From positions 1 to 64,000 of the forward strand of contig OZ025653.1 of the NCBI GenBank assembly GCA_964019335.1: a DNA stretch of 64,000 bases. Reading direction: 5' to 3'. A model generated the notes under the pieces. It ran no database searches. It saw nothing but the letters and a program-made list of their open reading frames with translations, and was not told where the DNA came from. This document shows, piece after piece, positions 20,687 to 33,923 of this stretch (the first letter of the stretch is position 1; every line of letters begins with the position of its first letter). The DNA is from Diplonema japonicum (Eukaryota; Protista; Euglenozoa: Diplonemea). The translations under genes were made by a program, and so were the position numbers.

Positions 20687-21733
20687 CTAATCAGAAGACC
20701 GTAACAATCTTCTTCGGCCTTTGAGATAGATCGCGTTGTACCACCCAAGGACAATCAGCACGATGCTGCACACGAGCAGAAGAGGTCTCGTGGTGTCACT
20801 GTTGCTAGGCCTTTTGATCGCTTGTTTGAAATGTGTAAAAGGTTCTTTCGAAGGCATGGTGAGTGCTGCAGCTGCTGAAGGCCGTGGCACCTTGACAGGG
20901 CCCACTTGATGCCACTCGAACTCGCTATCATTAATCTCCAGAAACGTAGCCCACCCGCCGCCCTCATAAAAGGACGATGCATACACATCTATCGCCGCCA
21001 GTGCATTGTCGCATAAGAAGGCCATCTTTCCGTTCAGCTGGGCAGTGTGCCCGATGACCATATGGTTTATCTGTCGACCCTCAGCTATTGACAACGCCGT
21101 CAGTGCAGACTTCAAGGGGGTGCAATCGCCCCTCAGTGCGGACGTGATCACTGTCCTCGACCACACGGGCCCATCGTTCATGAGCACCGGTGCATCGAAC
21201 TCCCCATTTGCCATGTTCTGTGCTGCAAGGCTGTTGATCTCATCGATACCCATCATGGCCCACTGGCGCAGGAGGCCCCCGTGGCAAAAGACAATGTCTT
21301 TAATCACCAACATAAGGGGAAGAGACCTGATAAACTGGCCGTACCTACCCGTGGATGAGTATGCTTGCTGTCTGGACTCTCTGCCACCATGCGCCGCGGT
21401 GTCCCTTGGGTCCACGAACGCCCAGTCGCCCTTCACATTCATAACCTCGTGGTTCCCAAGCAGCACGTCCACCTTGCCCCCGTGGTGAGCTGCCTGCTGT
21501 TGTAGGCTCATCATTAAGTCCATTATCCCATGTCCATCTGGACCCCTGTCGACCATGTCGCCCGTGCAAACCAGCCTAATACTGCCTCCCACCCACTCGT
21601 CTCCTCCTTTGCTCAGTACCCCTGCAGTCTGCAGTACCTCTCTTGTCGTGCGTATGTCGCCGTGCATGTCACCAATTACAACAACCCGCCCCTCTACTAG
21701 TGTCACCAGCACTAGCAACACCGAAAGCACCAT
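20687..21733 (-). CDS. Calcineurin-like metallophosphoesterase (Shewanella-like phosphatase type) with signal peptide and C-terminal TM
   Basis: GDMHGD, GDMVDRG, LGNHE, CHGG, IGHT motifs. Confidence 0.88.
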   Translation of the reverse strand: MVLSVLLVLVTLVEGRVVVIGDMHGDIRTTREVLQTAGVLSKGGDEWVGGSIRLVCTGDMVDRGPDGHGIMDLMMSLQQQAAHHGGKVDVLLGNHEVMNVKGDWAFVDPRDTAAHGGRESRQQAYSSTGRYGQFIRSLPLMLVIKDIVFCHGGLLRQWAMMGIDEINSLAAQNMANGEFDAPVLMNDGPVWSRTVITSALRGDCTPLKSALTALSIAEGRQINHMVIGHTAQLNGKMAFLCDNALAAIDVYASSFYEGGGWATFLEINDSEFEWHQVGPVKVPRPSAAAALTMPSKEPFTHFKQAIKRPSNSDTTRPLLLVCSIVLIVLGWYNAIYLKGRRRLLRSSD

Positions 21734-21829
21734 GTTCTGTGTAGTGTGCGAGAGGAGCAATCGATCAAGAAAAATCAAGCACATCTAATCATACATTATA
21801 ATCTAAAATATCTACTAAATTACTCAATT

Positions 21830-23316
21830 TCAATATGCCGGGAAGGACTGTTGCATCACTTCACGTTCTGACATCTGTCGTTGAATCTCTGTTGGACGCT
21901 GTGACACAGACATGTTTGACAAGGGGTTGGATAAGGTGGGCATAAGTATCTCGGCGGTTCCAGACCTACGCCTGTTGTTTCGTTGCTGGTGCTGAAGCAG
22001 GTTAATGCTCTGAGCTTGATGCTGGTAACGCTGGTGCTGTGGCTGGTGCTGAAAAGAATGTTGAGTGTGGTGGATGTATTGGCGCAGGGGCTGGTTCTGC
22101 ACGGGTTGAAGCTGGTCATGCTGGAACCCATGCTGTTCTTGCTGGTATTCTTGTGAATTGTGATGACCTTGGTGATCCCGCAATCCCTGCGGCTCATCTT
22201 GCAAATTCTGCTGACTACTAGGCTGGCATGTGCTTTTCTCTTGTGGTATTGTGTCAGTACTCTTATTAATAACCTGTGTGCGTTACGAGGCAGTATTACA
22301 TACATCTACTCCAACTAAAGCGAACCAGCAATGCCTAAGTGACGGGTATGCAGCGACGGTCACTAACAGCGCCATCCCGGCAAAGAGAAGGATCTGTTGT
22401 TTTACACAAGCCATGCGCTAACATACCGTCGTCGCTCTTGCTGCTGTTGTGTTGCCAGCTGCCTCGTTCACTAGCAACATGAAAGATACCCAAAGCATGC
22501 TTAAGTGAGGAAACCCGAACGCTCTCGTGTGCCCCTTTGCTCTGAACCACCACAATGCACCCGTTGAAGTTGTTAGAATAGCAAAGATCTGCACTACCAA
22601 TCCACTGCTTGTGACAGCAAAGCCAGCAACGATAAGTGTTTGCAAGGCATCAGTCATGTGGAGGTGCACACCAAGGCAGCCCTGTCTGGCTCCATAGATG
22701 ACAGACACAGTGAAGGCAAACATCAACATTGTCCCTAGAATTACGCGTGGTGCAATGCCGGCCTCGGAGCATGAAGCCTCTTTCACGCAGCTGCCTAGTG
22801 GTGAGAGCATAGCATAGGTTATGAACGGAAAGAGGGTGTATGTTGTGGTGAACAGGAGTTTATTCCACACTTGGCGATGAAAATGCCCCAATGGAACCTT
22901 TTCCCTGTATGCGGCACCTAAACTGAGGAAACCAGAATACGCCAGAGAAATACCAATCAGGAGTGCTGCAACGACGAAAGACCCTACCTTGCTGCCGCTA
23001 AATACTAATAGGAAAGGGTCGGCCATTGACGCTACCCAAAGATCTGCAGAGGAGCACACAACACACAGAAGCAACCACCACCTCCCGATGACGTGCGGCA
23101 GCACGCCGTGCTCAAGTTCGATAGCAACGCTACACTCGTCACCTTTGCTGCACCACAGAACAACACCAAAAGGTATGGAGTAGCAAAGCATGAGGATAGC
23201 CACTAAGCCCTTCACGGTTCCCGGTCCAAGTTCTACAGCAGCGAGAATGGTGCTCAAAACAAATACACCGATGTGGATACAGCTTGTGATGCCAAATAAG
23301 CTGTACGAGACGCGCT
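21830..23316 (-). CDS. Multi-pass membrane protein with a Gln/His-rich tail (5' end unresolved)
   Basis: Hydrophobic ORF 22418-23257 plus downstream exons. An in-frame TTACAG acceptor lies near 23316. Confidence 0.5.
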
Positions 23317-23509
23317 GTAATAGTATATTATTTGCCGCTCAAATTTCTAAGTGCCTCACTATGGACTTATTTTAGCTCTAAGCCATCGAAGTTTGAATTA
23401 TTAACGAGAAATGCTCCAGAAACCCCAAGAGTCTCGACTTATTTTGCGTTGCCAAAACCATTCTTCGAAACAGACATTAGAAAATTGAGTTGTGAATTAA
23501 AAACAATAT

Positions 23510-25417
23510 TTATGTAAATACCTTTTGGGCACCCATTCTGGCTCTGGAGTGATCGGTTAGAGCCAAGCACAGCTTGCCTTCTGCTACAAGCAAGGTTCCC
23601 ACAGTCGCAACAGGTGATAAGAAGAGGGAGTACAAGCATGACAGTACAAGAAATGCGAGGCTTGTATGCTGCTCCCAATTATGTGGAAAGGTACCGTCGC
23701 TGGACGTCGTGTTCAGTAGTGCTGTTGCACAGTGACGGTCATGGTGTTGGGATGCGTACATGAAAGGCGTTACCCCACAACTGTCTTTCGCATTGCCTTC
23801 CGATATCTCACAAGCGATCAATGGCAGTATCTCTGGCTGATTGTACAAACAGCAGTAATGCAGCAAGCTTCTGCCTTTCTTGTCAGAAGGAATAGATTGA
23901 AAGCCTCCCTCACCACAAGAGGTACGCAGCAGGCTCACCTTGTCCTTCCAACTGCCCCTGATTGCATGATGGATTGCTGTCCTCCCTTCATTATCTTGTA
24001 TATCCACCTTTGCACCATATCCCAGAAGTACGCTAACCATGTTCTTGCCGTCAATATCCTCGACAGGCTGCACGCCTTCATCATCGACGTAGATCCTGCT
24101 GATGTCGATGGCTGAGGGAACGCTGGTAACAATCGCGTCTACGACCTTGTTGATACCACTTCTGCTGAGACGAAATGTGTCCAAAACATTCCCATCGGCA
24201 ACAACCAAACGCTGCGGCAATAGCACATGGGAGTGGCTAGTCACACCAACAACACAACCCTGGGGCGTCTGCACAGACGTGAATGAAGGAAGCCCGTGAT
24301 TGTTTGCGCCTGAAGCGAGCATGAGGGGCGTTAGGCCATCACAGTCCCTAACATTAACATCGATTCCAGGAACCGCAAGAAGGCTACGCATGCACGCTGG
24401 CAGTCTCAGCAGTGCTGCAAGATGTAGGGCGGTCCGCCGTGTCACGGGGTGTGCTTCATTGGCGCTGCAGCCTGTGGTGAGCTGCGCGTCAACATCGTCT
24501 GCGTTGCCACCCAGAACGCTTATCATCAAAGGGCTGAGTTCGCAGTCCAGCTGGTGAGCTTCGGAAGACGGAGCACGACTCACTGACCTAGCCACTGGGG
24601 GACCTGCTGGTGACGCAGCAAAAGCCACAGGAGTCTCAGCAAGCCTCGCAATGCCCTCATATACAGGAGGGCTTCCCTCATGCACAGGATGGATTCCTTC
24701 GTCAATTGAAACATTAACAAATACCTCCTGGCACACAGGGTCTATCGACTGCTCGCCAAATACCACAATCTCCTCCTCGGCAGGAAGTGAAGTCACCGCA
24801 GCAAGCTCCGAAGACCCACAAACCTCGACTTCAATCAACTCTGTTCTTGCAGAAGGCTCGCGCTGAGCAGGCGGCGCCACTTCATGGAAGTCCTTCCTAG
24901 AACCTGGATAGAGCCTATCGAACACGGAGCCCTTGCTGCGGTCGGAAGGTTCTGATATCTGCGGCTGAAACGATGGGGACTTCTCTTTCGCCTGCTGGCG
25001 AAAGTTATGGATCTCTGTGTTACCCAGACGTTCCCACACGTTACTCTTGGCCTTGTATGGCTCAGGTGCAACTCCTTCTTGCACGACGACCCTTGGTTTC
25101 TGCTTCGTGAGCCTCGTCACCACATCCTGGTTCCGTATGTTTTGACGGTTCGCAAGCTGACGTGACCTGTCATTTAGAACCGGCCTGAACTGATGACTCA
25201 CCTCAGTGTCTTCAACTACTGCCGGAGGCTCATGTGTCGTTTTTTGTTCATAGAGCCTTTCGTGAACGGGCCCTCGGTCACTCTTCGCATACAGCCCACC
25301 TGCCCAGTTGTGGTAGTCGCCGTCTTGCAGCTCCCGCTTTACAGCCTCACGAATAGCATTGTTTTCGAGCATTCTCCTAGTGGCATTATACTGTGCAGCA
25401 CGATAACACATGGACAT
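23510..25417 (-). CDS. Ankyrin-repeat protein (3' end uncertain)
   Basis: RRTALHLAA, DGLTPLMLAS, EGRTAIHHAI, GRSLLHYCC, GVTPFMYAS. Confidence 0.85.
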   Translation of the reverse strand: MSMCYRAAQYNATRRMLENNAIREAVKRELQDGDYHNWAGGLYAKSDRGPVHERLYEQKTTHEPPAVVEDTEVSHQFRPVLNDRSRQLANRQNIRNQDVVTRLTKQKPRVVVQEGVAPEPYKAKSNVWERLGNTEIHNFRQQAKEKSPSFQPQISEPSDRSKGSVFDRLYPGSRKDFHEVAPPAQREPSARTELIEVEVCGSSELAAVTSLPAEEEIVVFGEQSIDPVCQEVFVNVSIDEGIHPVHEGSPPVYEGIARLAETPVAFAASPAGPPVARSVSRAPSSEAHQLDCELSPLMISVLGGNADDVDAQLTTGCSANEAHPVTRRTALHLAALLRLPACMRSLLAVPGIDVNVRDCDGLTPLMLASGANNHGLPSFTSVQTPQGCVVGVTSHSHVLLPQRLVVADGNVLDTFRLSRSGINKVVDAIVTSVPSAIDISRIYVDDEGVQPVEDIDGKNMVSVLLGYGAKVDIQDNEGRTAIHHAIRGSWKDKVSLLRTSCGEGGFQSIPSDKKGRSLLHYCCLYNQPEILPLIACEISEGNAKDSCGVTPFMYASQHHDRHCATALLNTTSSDGTFPHNWEQHTSLAFLVLSCLYSLFLSPVATVGTLLVAEGKLCLALTDHSRARMGAQKVFT

Positions 25418-25467
25418 AAACTAACTTGTTAACTTGTTAAAGGTATACATATTACACATGTGACATA

Positions 25468-26422
25468 CTACACAGTAGGTGACGCAACCTGAAGCACATC
25501 AGCAAGTGACTATATTAGTTAGTGATATTGGCTCGACCATACCTGGATGGCCTTTCGGGTTCTGCTTCTACTATCATCGCCGTCCTTACTCAGCGTTTCA
25601 AGCTTAGTGCTCACATCCGCCACGAAGGATTCAACCCCCAGAAGCCGGTACTCTAGCACAGACCTCAGCTCCTCGACCTCCGACTGCGACCTTGCGGCTA
25701 CTGCTGTGATATCTGCTAGCTTCAAATCAACATTCCCGGTTCTCTCCACGTTCTGCGTCTCACACTCGCGTAACCGCCGAATCCTCTCATCTAAAGCAGC
25801 ATTGGAGTGCACCAGCTGCTCGTCACGCAAGTCTTCCACTAACGATGAAGACCGCTGTACTTGTCCTAACAATGCCTTGCTCCCCGCCAAGCTTTTGTAG
25901 CACATTTCAAGATTCTTCTTCTGTGAAGCCTCAAGTGCTGCCACACGCCCTGCCACCTTATTCGACTCTTCGATCATCGAGGTCAGAACGCTCTGCAAGG
26001 TGTCATCATCAAAAAAAAGCTCAAATGCCGCATACTTTCATCTTTGTGCTCATACTTGCAGCCTTCTGAGACAGCTTCACTGATTCCACCGCGGGAACCT
26101 CAATGGCTACAAGGCGATGCTGAATACTTTTGATCTGCGCAGCCTGGTGCTGTATGTGACAGGCCGTTGCCTCCAGCTCATCGAAGACAAAAGCTGTCAA
26201 ATCACTCACCGCTTCCTTGATAGCCTCCATGCCAGCCAGCATGTGTTCTTTCGCGACCCCCTGCTCCCGCTGCTTCATCACGTCAGACTCAAACGCTTGC
26301 TCCTTAAAACTCGGGTACTGCAACCGCTGCACTACAGCACTTCGCGCGTTTGACAACCGTCGAGACGTGGCCGGCATGTCATCATTTCTAAGAGTCTTCT
26401 CCCAATGCTCCGTTCCAGACAT
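25468..26422 (-). CDS. Coiled-coil hypothetical protein, 3 exons
   Basis: A 43-nt intron at 25993-26035 and an intron near 25510-25542 join the ORFs. Stop TAG at 25468. Confidence 0.65.
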
Positions 26423-26823
26423 ATCTGTTGTGCTGTTAGTTCTTAGCGCATCGCGAAAAGGAATAGACTACTGGCATCCTTTGTAGGACAACGGCTGCGC
26501 CCCCCCTGCAAGCCCCGTTTTTGTGGTTAAATCAACCTCAGGTCCCTGCGAGGCTGTGAAAATAGGATGAAAGCACACCTGTGACTGAAGCGTGTAACTG
26601 CAAACATTGTCTAGTGTCTCGCTGTCGACACCACATTCCTTCTTGCCGGTCCACTGGTAGTGTCCCCCCGATCCATAAACCGCAGGTGACCCAGAAAAAG
26701 TGACTGGCTCAAAGCTGGGCTTTTCCGGCATGTGTAATCTGAGTAATGTTAAAAGAAATATGAAGCGCAAACACTTAAACTTAGAAATGATACTAACTAA
26801 CAGAACTGACCTGTGCTGTTCAC

Positions 26824-27123
26824 CTACTTCAGCAACTCTAGAGCCTCCTTCATCTTCGATTGCATGGCTTCTTTTGCAGCTGATTTGGTGGTCAGCTTTT
26901 CAACATTACTTTTCAGGAGGTCGCTGTTGTCCCTCCGTGCCTTGACTGCCGCAACACGCTCGCTCATCCCAACATCATCTTTTGCCAGCTCCCAACTCGT
27001 TTTCGCCCTCACAGGACGCTCTGTGATGTCATCTGTCTTCACTGTTCGCTTCCGCTTCTTCTTTCTCAGCTCCTTGGGCTCGTCCAGTAGCTTCAACTGG
27101 TTCTCCGATATTTTAGTCGACAT
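26824..27123 (-). CDS. Small basic hypothetical protein
   Basis: ATG at 27123 shortly after a CAG acceptor; 99-aa charged ORF. Confidence 0.55.
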   Translation of the reverse strand: MSTKISENQLKLLDEPKELRKKKRKRTVKTDDITERPVRAKTSWELAKDDVGMSERVAAVKARRDNSDLLKSNVEKLTTKSAAKEAMQSKMKEALELLK

Positions 27124-27274
27124 GTTTATGATCTGCGTATCTTGGTAGCAAGGATGTGCATAACTGAATACTAAGACTAATGCCGGATGGGTTATGGAAA
27201 CATGCAACACGATCTGGGGAGCAAAAGAAACAAGAATTGGAAAGAAACACACTCCACTAGTAAGATAACACAAA

Positions 27275-29843
27275 CTATTCCCGATGGGTGAGATTCGTCC
27301 CCCTGCGGATTGCGTCAAGCAACGCAGAACGACCGTCCTTAATAAGATATACTACAAAGAATTCATACCTGTGGTGGTGGTGGCGCTGCACCACCGGGCA
27401 TTGGGGGCACCCCTGCTGCTGGTGGTGGGCCGGGAGGCGGCGGAGCGCCGCCAGGCGGAGGCGGCGGGGCACCACCGGGTCTTGGGGGAGGTGCTCCTGG
27501 CATTGGAGGAGGACCTCCTGGAGGTGGCCCCCCCGGCATGGGGGGAGGACCACCAGGTACTGGTGGGGCACCACCGGGCCTTGGGGGGGGCGCTCCTGGC
27601 ATCGAAGGAGGACCTCCTGGAATTGGAGGAGGACCTCCAGGACGCGGTGGCGCGCCACCAGGCGGAGGTGGTACACCAGGTGGGCTTCCGGGAGGACCTG
27701 GAGGTCGTGGGGGCGCACCTCCAGGAGGGGGGGGTGCTCCAGGTGGGCCTCTTGGTGGCGGTGGAGGTGCGCCCCCAGGAGGAGGTGGTGCGCCTCCGGG
27801 CGGAGGTGGGACCCCAGGTGGCCCTCCAGGTGGCGGTGGAGGTGCGCCCCCAGGAGGAGGTGGTGCGCCTCCGGGCGGAGGTGGGACCCCAGGTGGCCCT
27901 CCAGGTGGCGGTGGAGGTGCGCCCCCAGGAGGAGGTGGTGCACCTGGCGGTCCCCCCGGTGGTGGGGGAGGTGGGGAGCCGTGAGATGCTTTCGGACTTG
28001 CTGCTTTTTTGCTCTTCTTTTCTTTTTTCGACTTCCTTTCCCTGAGTAAAATATATTCGTCGAAGTGGCATACCTCGTGGGGCTTGGTGAAACTTCTTCC
28101 TCCTCCTCACCTTCTATTTCTCTAACAAGCATCGTACGCCAAGATTCAGCTGCATCCCTTACAGCTTCGAGATCCTTGGACTTTACCTTTATCTTCGGAA
28201 GACTATCCTCAGACTTTTTAATCGGGTCCTGTTGAGTGTGTATGAATGAAGACAACAGCGATGGTACCTTGAACTTAACTGTTTTGAAGAACGGCATCTC
28301 CAAAATGTCGTCATACGAGACAGCCTCTTCCTCGTCGAAGATGGCAGTCAACACCTGTCCCAGACCTTTGGGGAGCTTCAACGATCGGAAGTTGACGGGG
28401 AATGTTATGCGCGACTCTGATTCTTCTATTTAGTTGCATACATGTTGGAAGGGAAGAGCATACCATCCTCAGGCTCTGCGGACACATCAGGGATGTGAAG
28501 ATCGCCCTGGCATGCCATCATCATCCTTCGCAGACGAGGCGGTATCTCGCCTGTGGCCATTTCGAACAAAAGTACACCGGCCTGCAGCAGATATGGCGAC
28601 GTCCTTTCGGGAAGATCGCCTGGCATGTGAAGGAATGGAAGCCTCGTCAGGCCTAACATAATGTCCTCCCAGTCAGTGATTACAATCGTCTGCTTCGATC
28701 CAATAAGAACGTTGCCTGTGGCAGTATCAGGTGCCTCGAGACAGGTACATACCCAACGTGAGCTGCGGGCAAGGAATGCCGTTCTCTTCGAGGGCCCTCA
28801 CACCCAGCATTATCTGTTTCCCTGTACGATGTTAGCAAATCCTACACGAGGCATACCGAAATAGGCTAGCTCCGTGTCCTTTACAGATGTCTCCCTTTTC
28901 TTCAATTTCGTCTCCACTCTCTCACCCCAGTCCACCTTCCCCCGCATGTAGTCCCTCATCGAGCCGTGCTTCGCAACAGTTCTCACGACAAACGACCTCT
29001 GCGTGTTTATGTCGAAATCTGCACTCACCGCAGCATGGATGAATGGGCAAGTCTGGTTGTTCACACTTGTCAAAAAGTTGATGAACCGCTTCCTGTGCTT
29101 TTCGGTGGAAATGTCCATCCCCTGTGTCCTCCTCTGCCCGCAGGACATTATGTACTCTTCGTTGGTCCCTTCCGCACGAACGATGAAACGGCTCTGTTGA
29201 GAAGTGGGATAATCCCGAACATACCTTTGACACATCCTTCGCTAGCCTTGGTAGGGGCTTTACAAGTGAGAATCCAGCACTGCGAAGGTACCGCTGCAAA
29301 CAGGTTAGATCTTCCTCCTCATTAACTTTCACGGAGTAGCCCGGATGCGCGGAGGGATCGACGTGCACGGTAACTTGCTCAGGGTCCTGCTTCTTGGTGC
29401 GAGTCTGCGGAGAAAAAAGTTAAGGCAACTATCAAATCAAGCACACCTGCTCCAGAAGCCGAACCTCCAGCTCATCGTAGCCGATCAAGGTTCGGAACTC
29501 GGGACAGCGAACTAAGAACTTACTTTCCTTCACTCGCCGCATGTACTGCTCGAGCAGGTGTCTTCTCTTTTCGATGAACTTTGTGTCGAAGTTTCCGAAT
29601 GTCTGCTTGGGGGGCAAGTCAGGTAAGGGAGGCTGCGTGTTCTTTTTTTTCAGTAATTTGAATGCCTCCTCGAATTCACTGAACCGCCTCCACACCGAGT
29701 GTAGCACTACAGACCGTTCGTCATCTGTGGGTGTCACCGTTGCTCGTTTACATACCGCGAATAGAGATCTTGTAAATGATGTGATCGTCATGCTTCGTGG
29801 GATCTGTCACAGTGATGTTCAGATCATCGAACGAGATGCTCAT
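27275..29843 (-). CDS. PXK/Slob-like protein: PX domain, pseudokinase, polyproline region, WH2
   Basis: PX motif VWRRFSEF..LPDLPPK..FIEKRRHLLEQYM. Kinase-like exons (GVLLFEMATG). GP-rich region and terminal WH2 GRSALLDAIRRG. Many short introns. Confidence 0.8.
27370..27980. repeat. Coding Gly/Pro repeat including 75-bp units
   Basis: Units start at 27766, 27841 and 27916 and encode the PXK-like polyproline linker. Confidence 0.85.
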
Positions 29844-29921
29844 TTTGTGGACACCTAGCAAGGCTCGCTGTGCACGTGACAATAAACGAATAAGACGTCC
29901 ATTTCATCCCCCACTTAATTC

Positions 29922-31329
29922 TTAGTACCACGAAGGGGCAGCATCCAAGTCCACCCATGCCTCCGCAAACTCCCGGGCCCAGGGGGCACGCTTCCATTTC
30001 ACCCATGAGTATGGTTTGTCCGGTGGGAACCTTGGGTGCTTTTCTTCGTATGCCTGGTCAGCAAAGTAAACCTGTTGTGCTATGTTTAAAAGAAAAGCAC
30101 ACCTCCTTGTTGTCGATATCGCCGTCGTAGCCGCGCAGCCTTGTGACGTACGACGAGAAGGTCGAGTAACGCGTCCCAACAAAGACAGACGCCTGTGAAA
30201 TATACTATTTGCAGGGCGCATACCTTTGAGCAGATAAGCTGCACCACAACACCTTTGTAGACATCTGGCACAGCGTCGAAGTCCGAGCTCATGTCAGACT
30301 CACGTATCAACTTCTCAACATTCGGCAACCCTTGTTTCAAGACACGCCAGAAATCAGGATCCTTCTCATCGGACGCTACAAACACCTTTGCTGTGAGCTG
30401 TGCCCTAATGTTGTTTGCAAGCTTTGTTGGTTCCAAGAATGTTGACGTGTACTGCTGTTTGAAGTCCCGCCTCCGTATATGTGCACACGAGTACGCCTTA
30501 GGGCCGCCTAGCTTGTCAATGATCTTCCTTGCCATGTCCTTCACATCATCACGCATTGAAGTTGCATCACGTACAGCCGTGTAGTATCGCTTCCGTAAAA
30601 CCTTATCGGGGATGTAGAACATCTGATAAAAGTGCCCGAACAAATTCTGCGGGAAATGTATGAATTGCTCCTTCGCAAGATCTCTGAATTCTGAACCAAT
30701 AGAACGTCTGCCACCATGAGTAAACACCTTCATGTCCGACTCCTGGAGTATGTGTTAAGTTATAAAACAGTGCATACCAAATCACCAGAGGGATCAGTGG
30801 GGAGAGGTATCACAAGTTGTAAAGTGTTCCACTTCACAAGGTGTGCCTTCTCACGGATAACACGGGACTTCTCGCAGAATGTCTTTGGGTTGGGCATCCT
30901 GTACAATGTGCTGCATGCAGGGATAACGTTGCCCTTCCCCTCGAACATGCCCATCACAGGCTTGAACTCTTCCCAGGTCAGCACAGGGACTACGGACCGC
31001 ATGCGTGTGATATTAAAAAAATCCTCAAACCCAGAAGTACTGGGAAGCAGTGCCACTCGGCTGATTGGGGGCAGCACAAGTGTTCTATTCTGCGCAATAG
31101 CTATCATCAAAGCTAGTTCAAATGACATCCTCCTGTTATTCCACCCACCATTCCACGGCTCAAAGGAGATGAACCTCATGTCCTGCTCCTTAGATCCAAC
31201 ACGCAACTGCTTCTTGAATTCTACACTGCCTCCCCTCTGCTTTGGTGGGGAACCATAATTCCATAACGCAAGCCAATAAACTATCACAACAAAGGCCTGC
31301 GTGACAAAGACTGCCTTAAGCTTCACCAT
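29922..31329 (-). CDS. GDP-fucose protein O-fucosyltransferase family, type II membrane protein
   Basis: GGWNNRRMSFE..NRTLVLPP, AHIRRRDF, VFVASDE, QLICSK..FVGTRYSTFS after splicing. Confidence 0.85.
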
Positions 31330-31383
31330 CTTTGTGCATTCCACCTGTAGTGTCTGATATTACGCTGAACCTTAAAGTGTGGT

Positions 31384-32058
31384 CTAAGGCAAGTCTCCAA
31401 TCTTCTTCGCCATTAGCGCATCCATACGCTGCTTCAATGGCATAGACCCAACACGGGAACCAAACAGCCCTGCACTGCAACTACCCGTGCTAGACACATA
31501 TTGTGTCTGGTTAGAACGCTGCACAACATGCACAGAAGCACATGATGCGGCACGAGGCGATACCGAGACAACGGAGGAACGAGAAGGTGAACCAGATGAA
31601 GGGGCTATTTCGGGTGTAGCTGGAGTGGGGGGTGCAGGGGCAACGACGGGGTCGGGAAGGGACTTTGTACTTTCACCCAAATGCAACTCAAGGCAATCCT
31701 TGACCGAGTTAAGGCTCCACTTGGAAGCAAACTGCACATTGTAAATACTTTTATGCGTCTCCACCAGTAGCACGTGACCTGTGTTAACCTCAAGCCTCTT
31801 GATGTGTGAAACATGAACTTGTACTAGCATCTTGTCAGGCCTACTCATGATGTCCATGTCCGTTGCCAGTCTTGCCCCCGTCCCAGCACCATCATCGTCA
31901 CTGTCTGCCTCTAGCGGGGACGGAAGCACAATGGTTACGTCACCTTCCTTAGTTACTTTCAACTTCGCTGGGCCACCAGGACCCCTTGTACTGTAATCCT
32001 TAGCGCCATCACCCACATCCTCCCATAATCGCCGTAGACCACCTGCACTTACTTCCAT
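31384..32058 (-). CDS. Hypothetical protein (possible PH-like fold)
   Basis: 224-aa ATG ORF on the coding strand. Confidence 0.6.
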   Translation of the reverse strand: MEVSAGGLRRLWEDVGDGAKDYSTRGPGGPAKLKVTKEGDVTIVLPSPLEADSDDDGAGTGARLATDMDIMSRPDKMLVQVHVSHIKRLEVNTGHVLLVETHKSIYNVQFASKWSLNSVKDCLELHLGESTKSLPDPVVAPAPPTPATPEIAPSSGSPSRSSVVSVSPRAASCASVHVVQRSNQTQYVSSTGSCSAGLFGSRVGSMPLKQRMDALMAKKIGDLP

Positions 32059-32132
32059 CTTACATCCTGAAGTTGAATGAGCTGCTTAAAAGCAAAGATA
32101 TGATTGAACAGTCGCGACCCATGGCCGCCAAG

Positions 32133-33923
32133 CTAGACTCTCTCCAGGCTATCCACGGCTAGTACTGTACGTTTCAAAATTTCCTTTGGCTCTTCTTTCT
32201 TATTCCCGCGTATCCCGTAGCGGCCAGATGGAAAGTTAAAATTGTGAGGTGGTGAAGTGTAAACGTGTTGAGGCGCGAGCCACGAAGAGAGCTGTTTAGA
32301 AACAGCACTCTTTTTGAGCCTGAAGTGCTCGTAGATGATATCCTTGAAGACAGGGTCCGGTGACTTGAGCTGCTCCGTGATGCCGGTCTGTAGTATAGAG
32401 TTGTCTGGATAAAGGCGCATACTATGCACGTGAAGAGCTTAATGTGCTCGGTGTAGCACTTGTCGCTCATCGGCTCATTGCCCTGGTCCGTACCGGGCTC
32501 ATTGTAGTACGGGTCACGCACCAGAATCATGCCCTGTATGGACAGTAGAACCTGCAGCAACGTGGACCTCCCCGGTTCCCAGGCAGGCCCTGACCAGGTA
32601 CCCAAAAGACTGAGGCACACCTTACCATTGGCGTACAAGTTGGGGTTCATCCGTATCCTTCCACCAGAAGTGGACATGAACTGGACCATCGGTGGTACCT
32701 GGGGGTACGTGGGTGGGAGATAGATGTCGAACTGGAAGCAGCCGTTTTCATAAGGCGTACCCTCGGGTCCGATGATGAGTGCCTTCATGACGTCGGTGCG
32801 CTCCTACAAAGGGTCGCGAAACACTATCAATCAGCATACCTCGTCGACACGTAGGAAGATGCCGGAGCTCCAGTTCACTGGGAGGCTGGTTGCAAGTGTA
32901 GATATCTCTTTCATGCGTCGCACAACACCTTGTGGGGCTGATGGGCTCTCCCTGATATTGTCTTTGTAGGCATGCGGATAAACAGAAGAGCCACTCTTTA
33001 TATCTACCATAGACAGCCTCATCTTGGACATACGCCTCTCGTACTCCTGCTCCGGCGATGCTGTCTTGTCCTGTACAACATTCTTGATGTTATTCTGCAC
33101 CTTGTCTGCAGCGTCTCTGATGCTCATCGCCGCATCGGTTGCTACCACAGCTTCACCTTGTCCACTGTCGTCTACATCAAGTGAAGGCCTCAAAAAGACC
33201 TGTGCCTGAACTGCCATATTGAGAAGCAAAGTAATTGGAGATGTGTCGCCCTGCTGCAGCAGTTCCACAAGGCTCTCACTCCTCGTTGCAGTGTTCATGA
33301 AGGCGAATATGTGATGATACAGCCCAGGTCGCGTGGAGATGTCAAACAGGGAGTCGTTTCTCAGAAGAGAACATAAACATTCCAGGAAAGGACCAAGCAG
33401 CAAAGACAGGAAATCAGGGTACAAGGGAATGAGCATGTTCCCAGAGCTATCAAGGGAGAAGTCTCTCAGCAGCAAGTCCAGCTCTGCAAATTGGTTCTGG
33501 ATCAACTTGTCATTCATTTCCTGCTCCCTTGGTAGGTTAGCACGTTTTGCTTTTCTACTGGCTTTCTTCTTCATCGCCGTATCGAGGTCACTCACAACAG
33601 AACTAAGCTGTGTGGCTGCAGTAGCCTTCACAAGCTGGGGGCCAATAGGCTTAAACTGTGCGATATGGTGAAAACCAGCATCATACCTTTTCCACCAGTG
33701 TGCTGATAGACATCATCCCTAGTGCCTTGCTCGTCCATACTACACCACTCTCATAGTCGAGCAACGGCATGCAATCCCCGTCCTGTACCTTCTTCGCCAC
33801 AGCATCAACTAACTCATCGTCCGCTTCGATATCAAGATCCACATACTCGACCGCAGGAGGATCTTCTGTCTTCTGACGTTTGCAAGCCTTCTCATCAGAG
33901 GCATTTCTCTTTATCCCAGGCAT
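32133..33923 (-). CDS. Ubiquitin-conjugating enzyme E2, BIRC6/UBE2Z-type
   Basis: IFLRVDE|ERTDVMKALIIGPEGTPYENGCFQFDI..NPNLYANGKVCLSLLGTW..STLLQVLLSIQ, with 3 short introns. Confidence 0.9.

Noticed and set aside
23316-23520. Fusion of the ankyrin gene with the downstream membrane protein
   Set aside because: I could not find a consistent set of splice junctions keeping the frame open; left unresolved.
26468-26770. 100-aa ORF as an independent gene
   Set aside because: No recognisable domain and an unclear exon structure; not supported enough to call.
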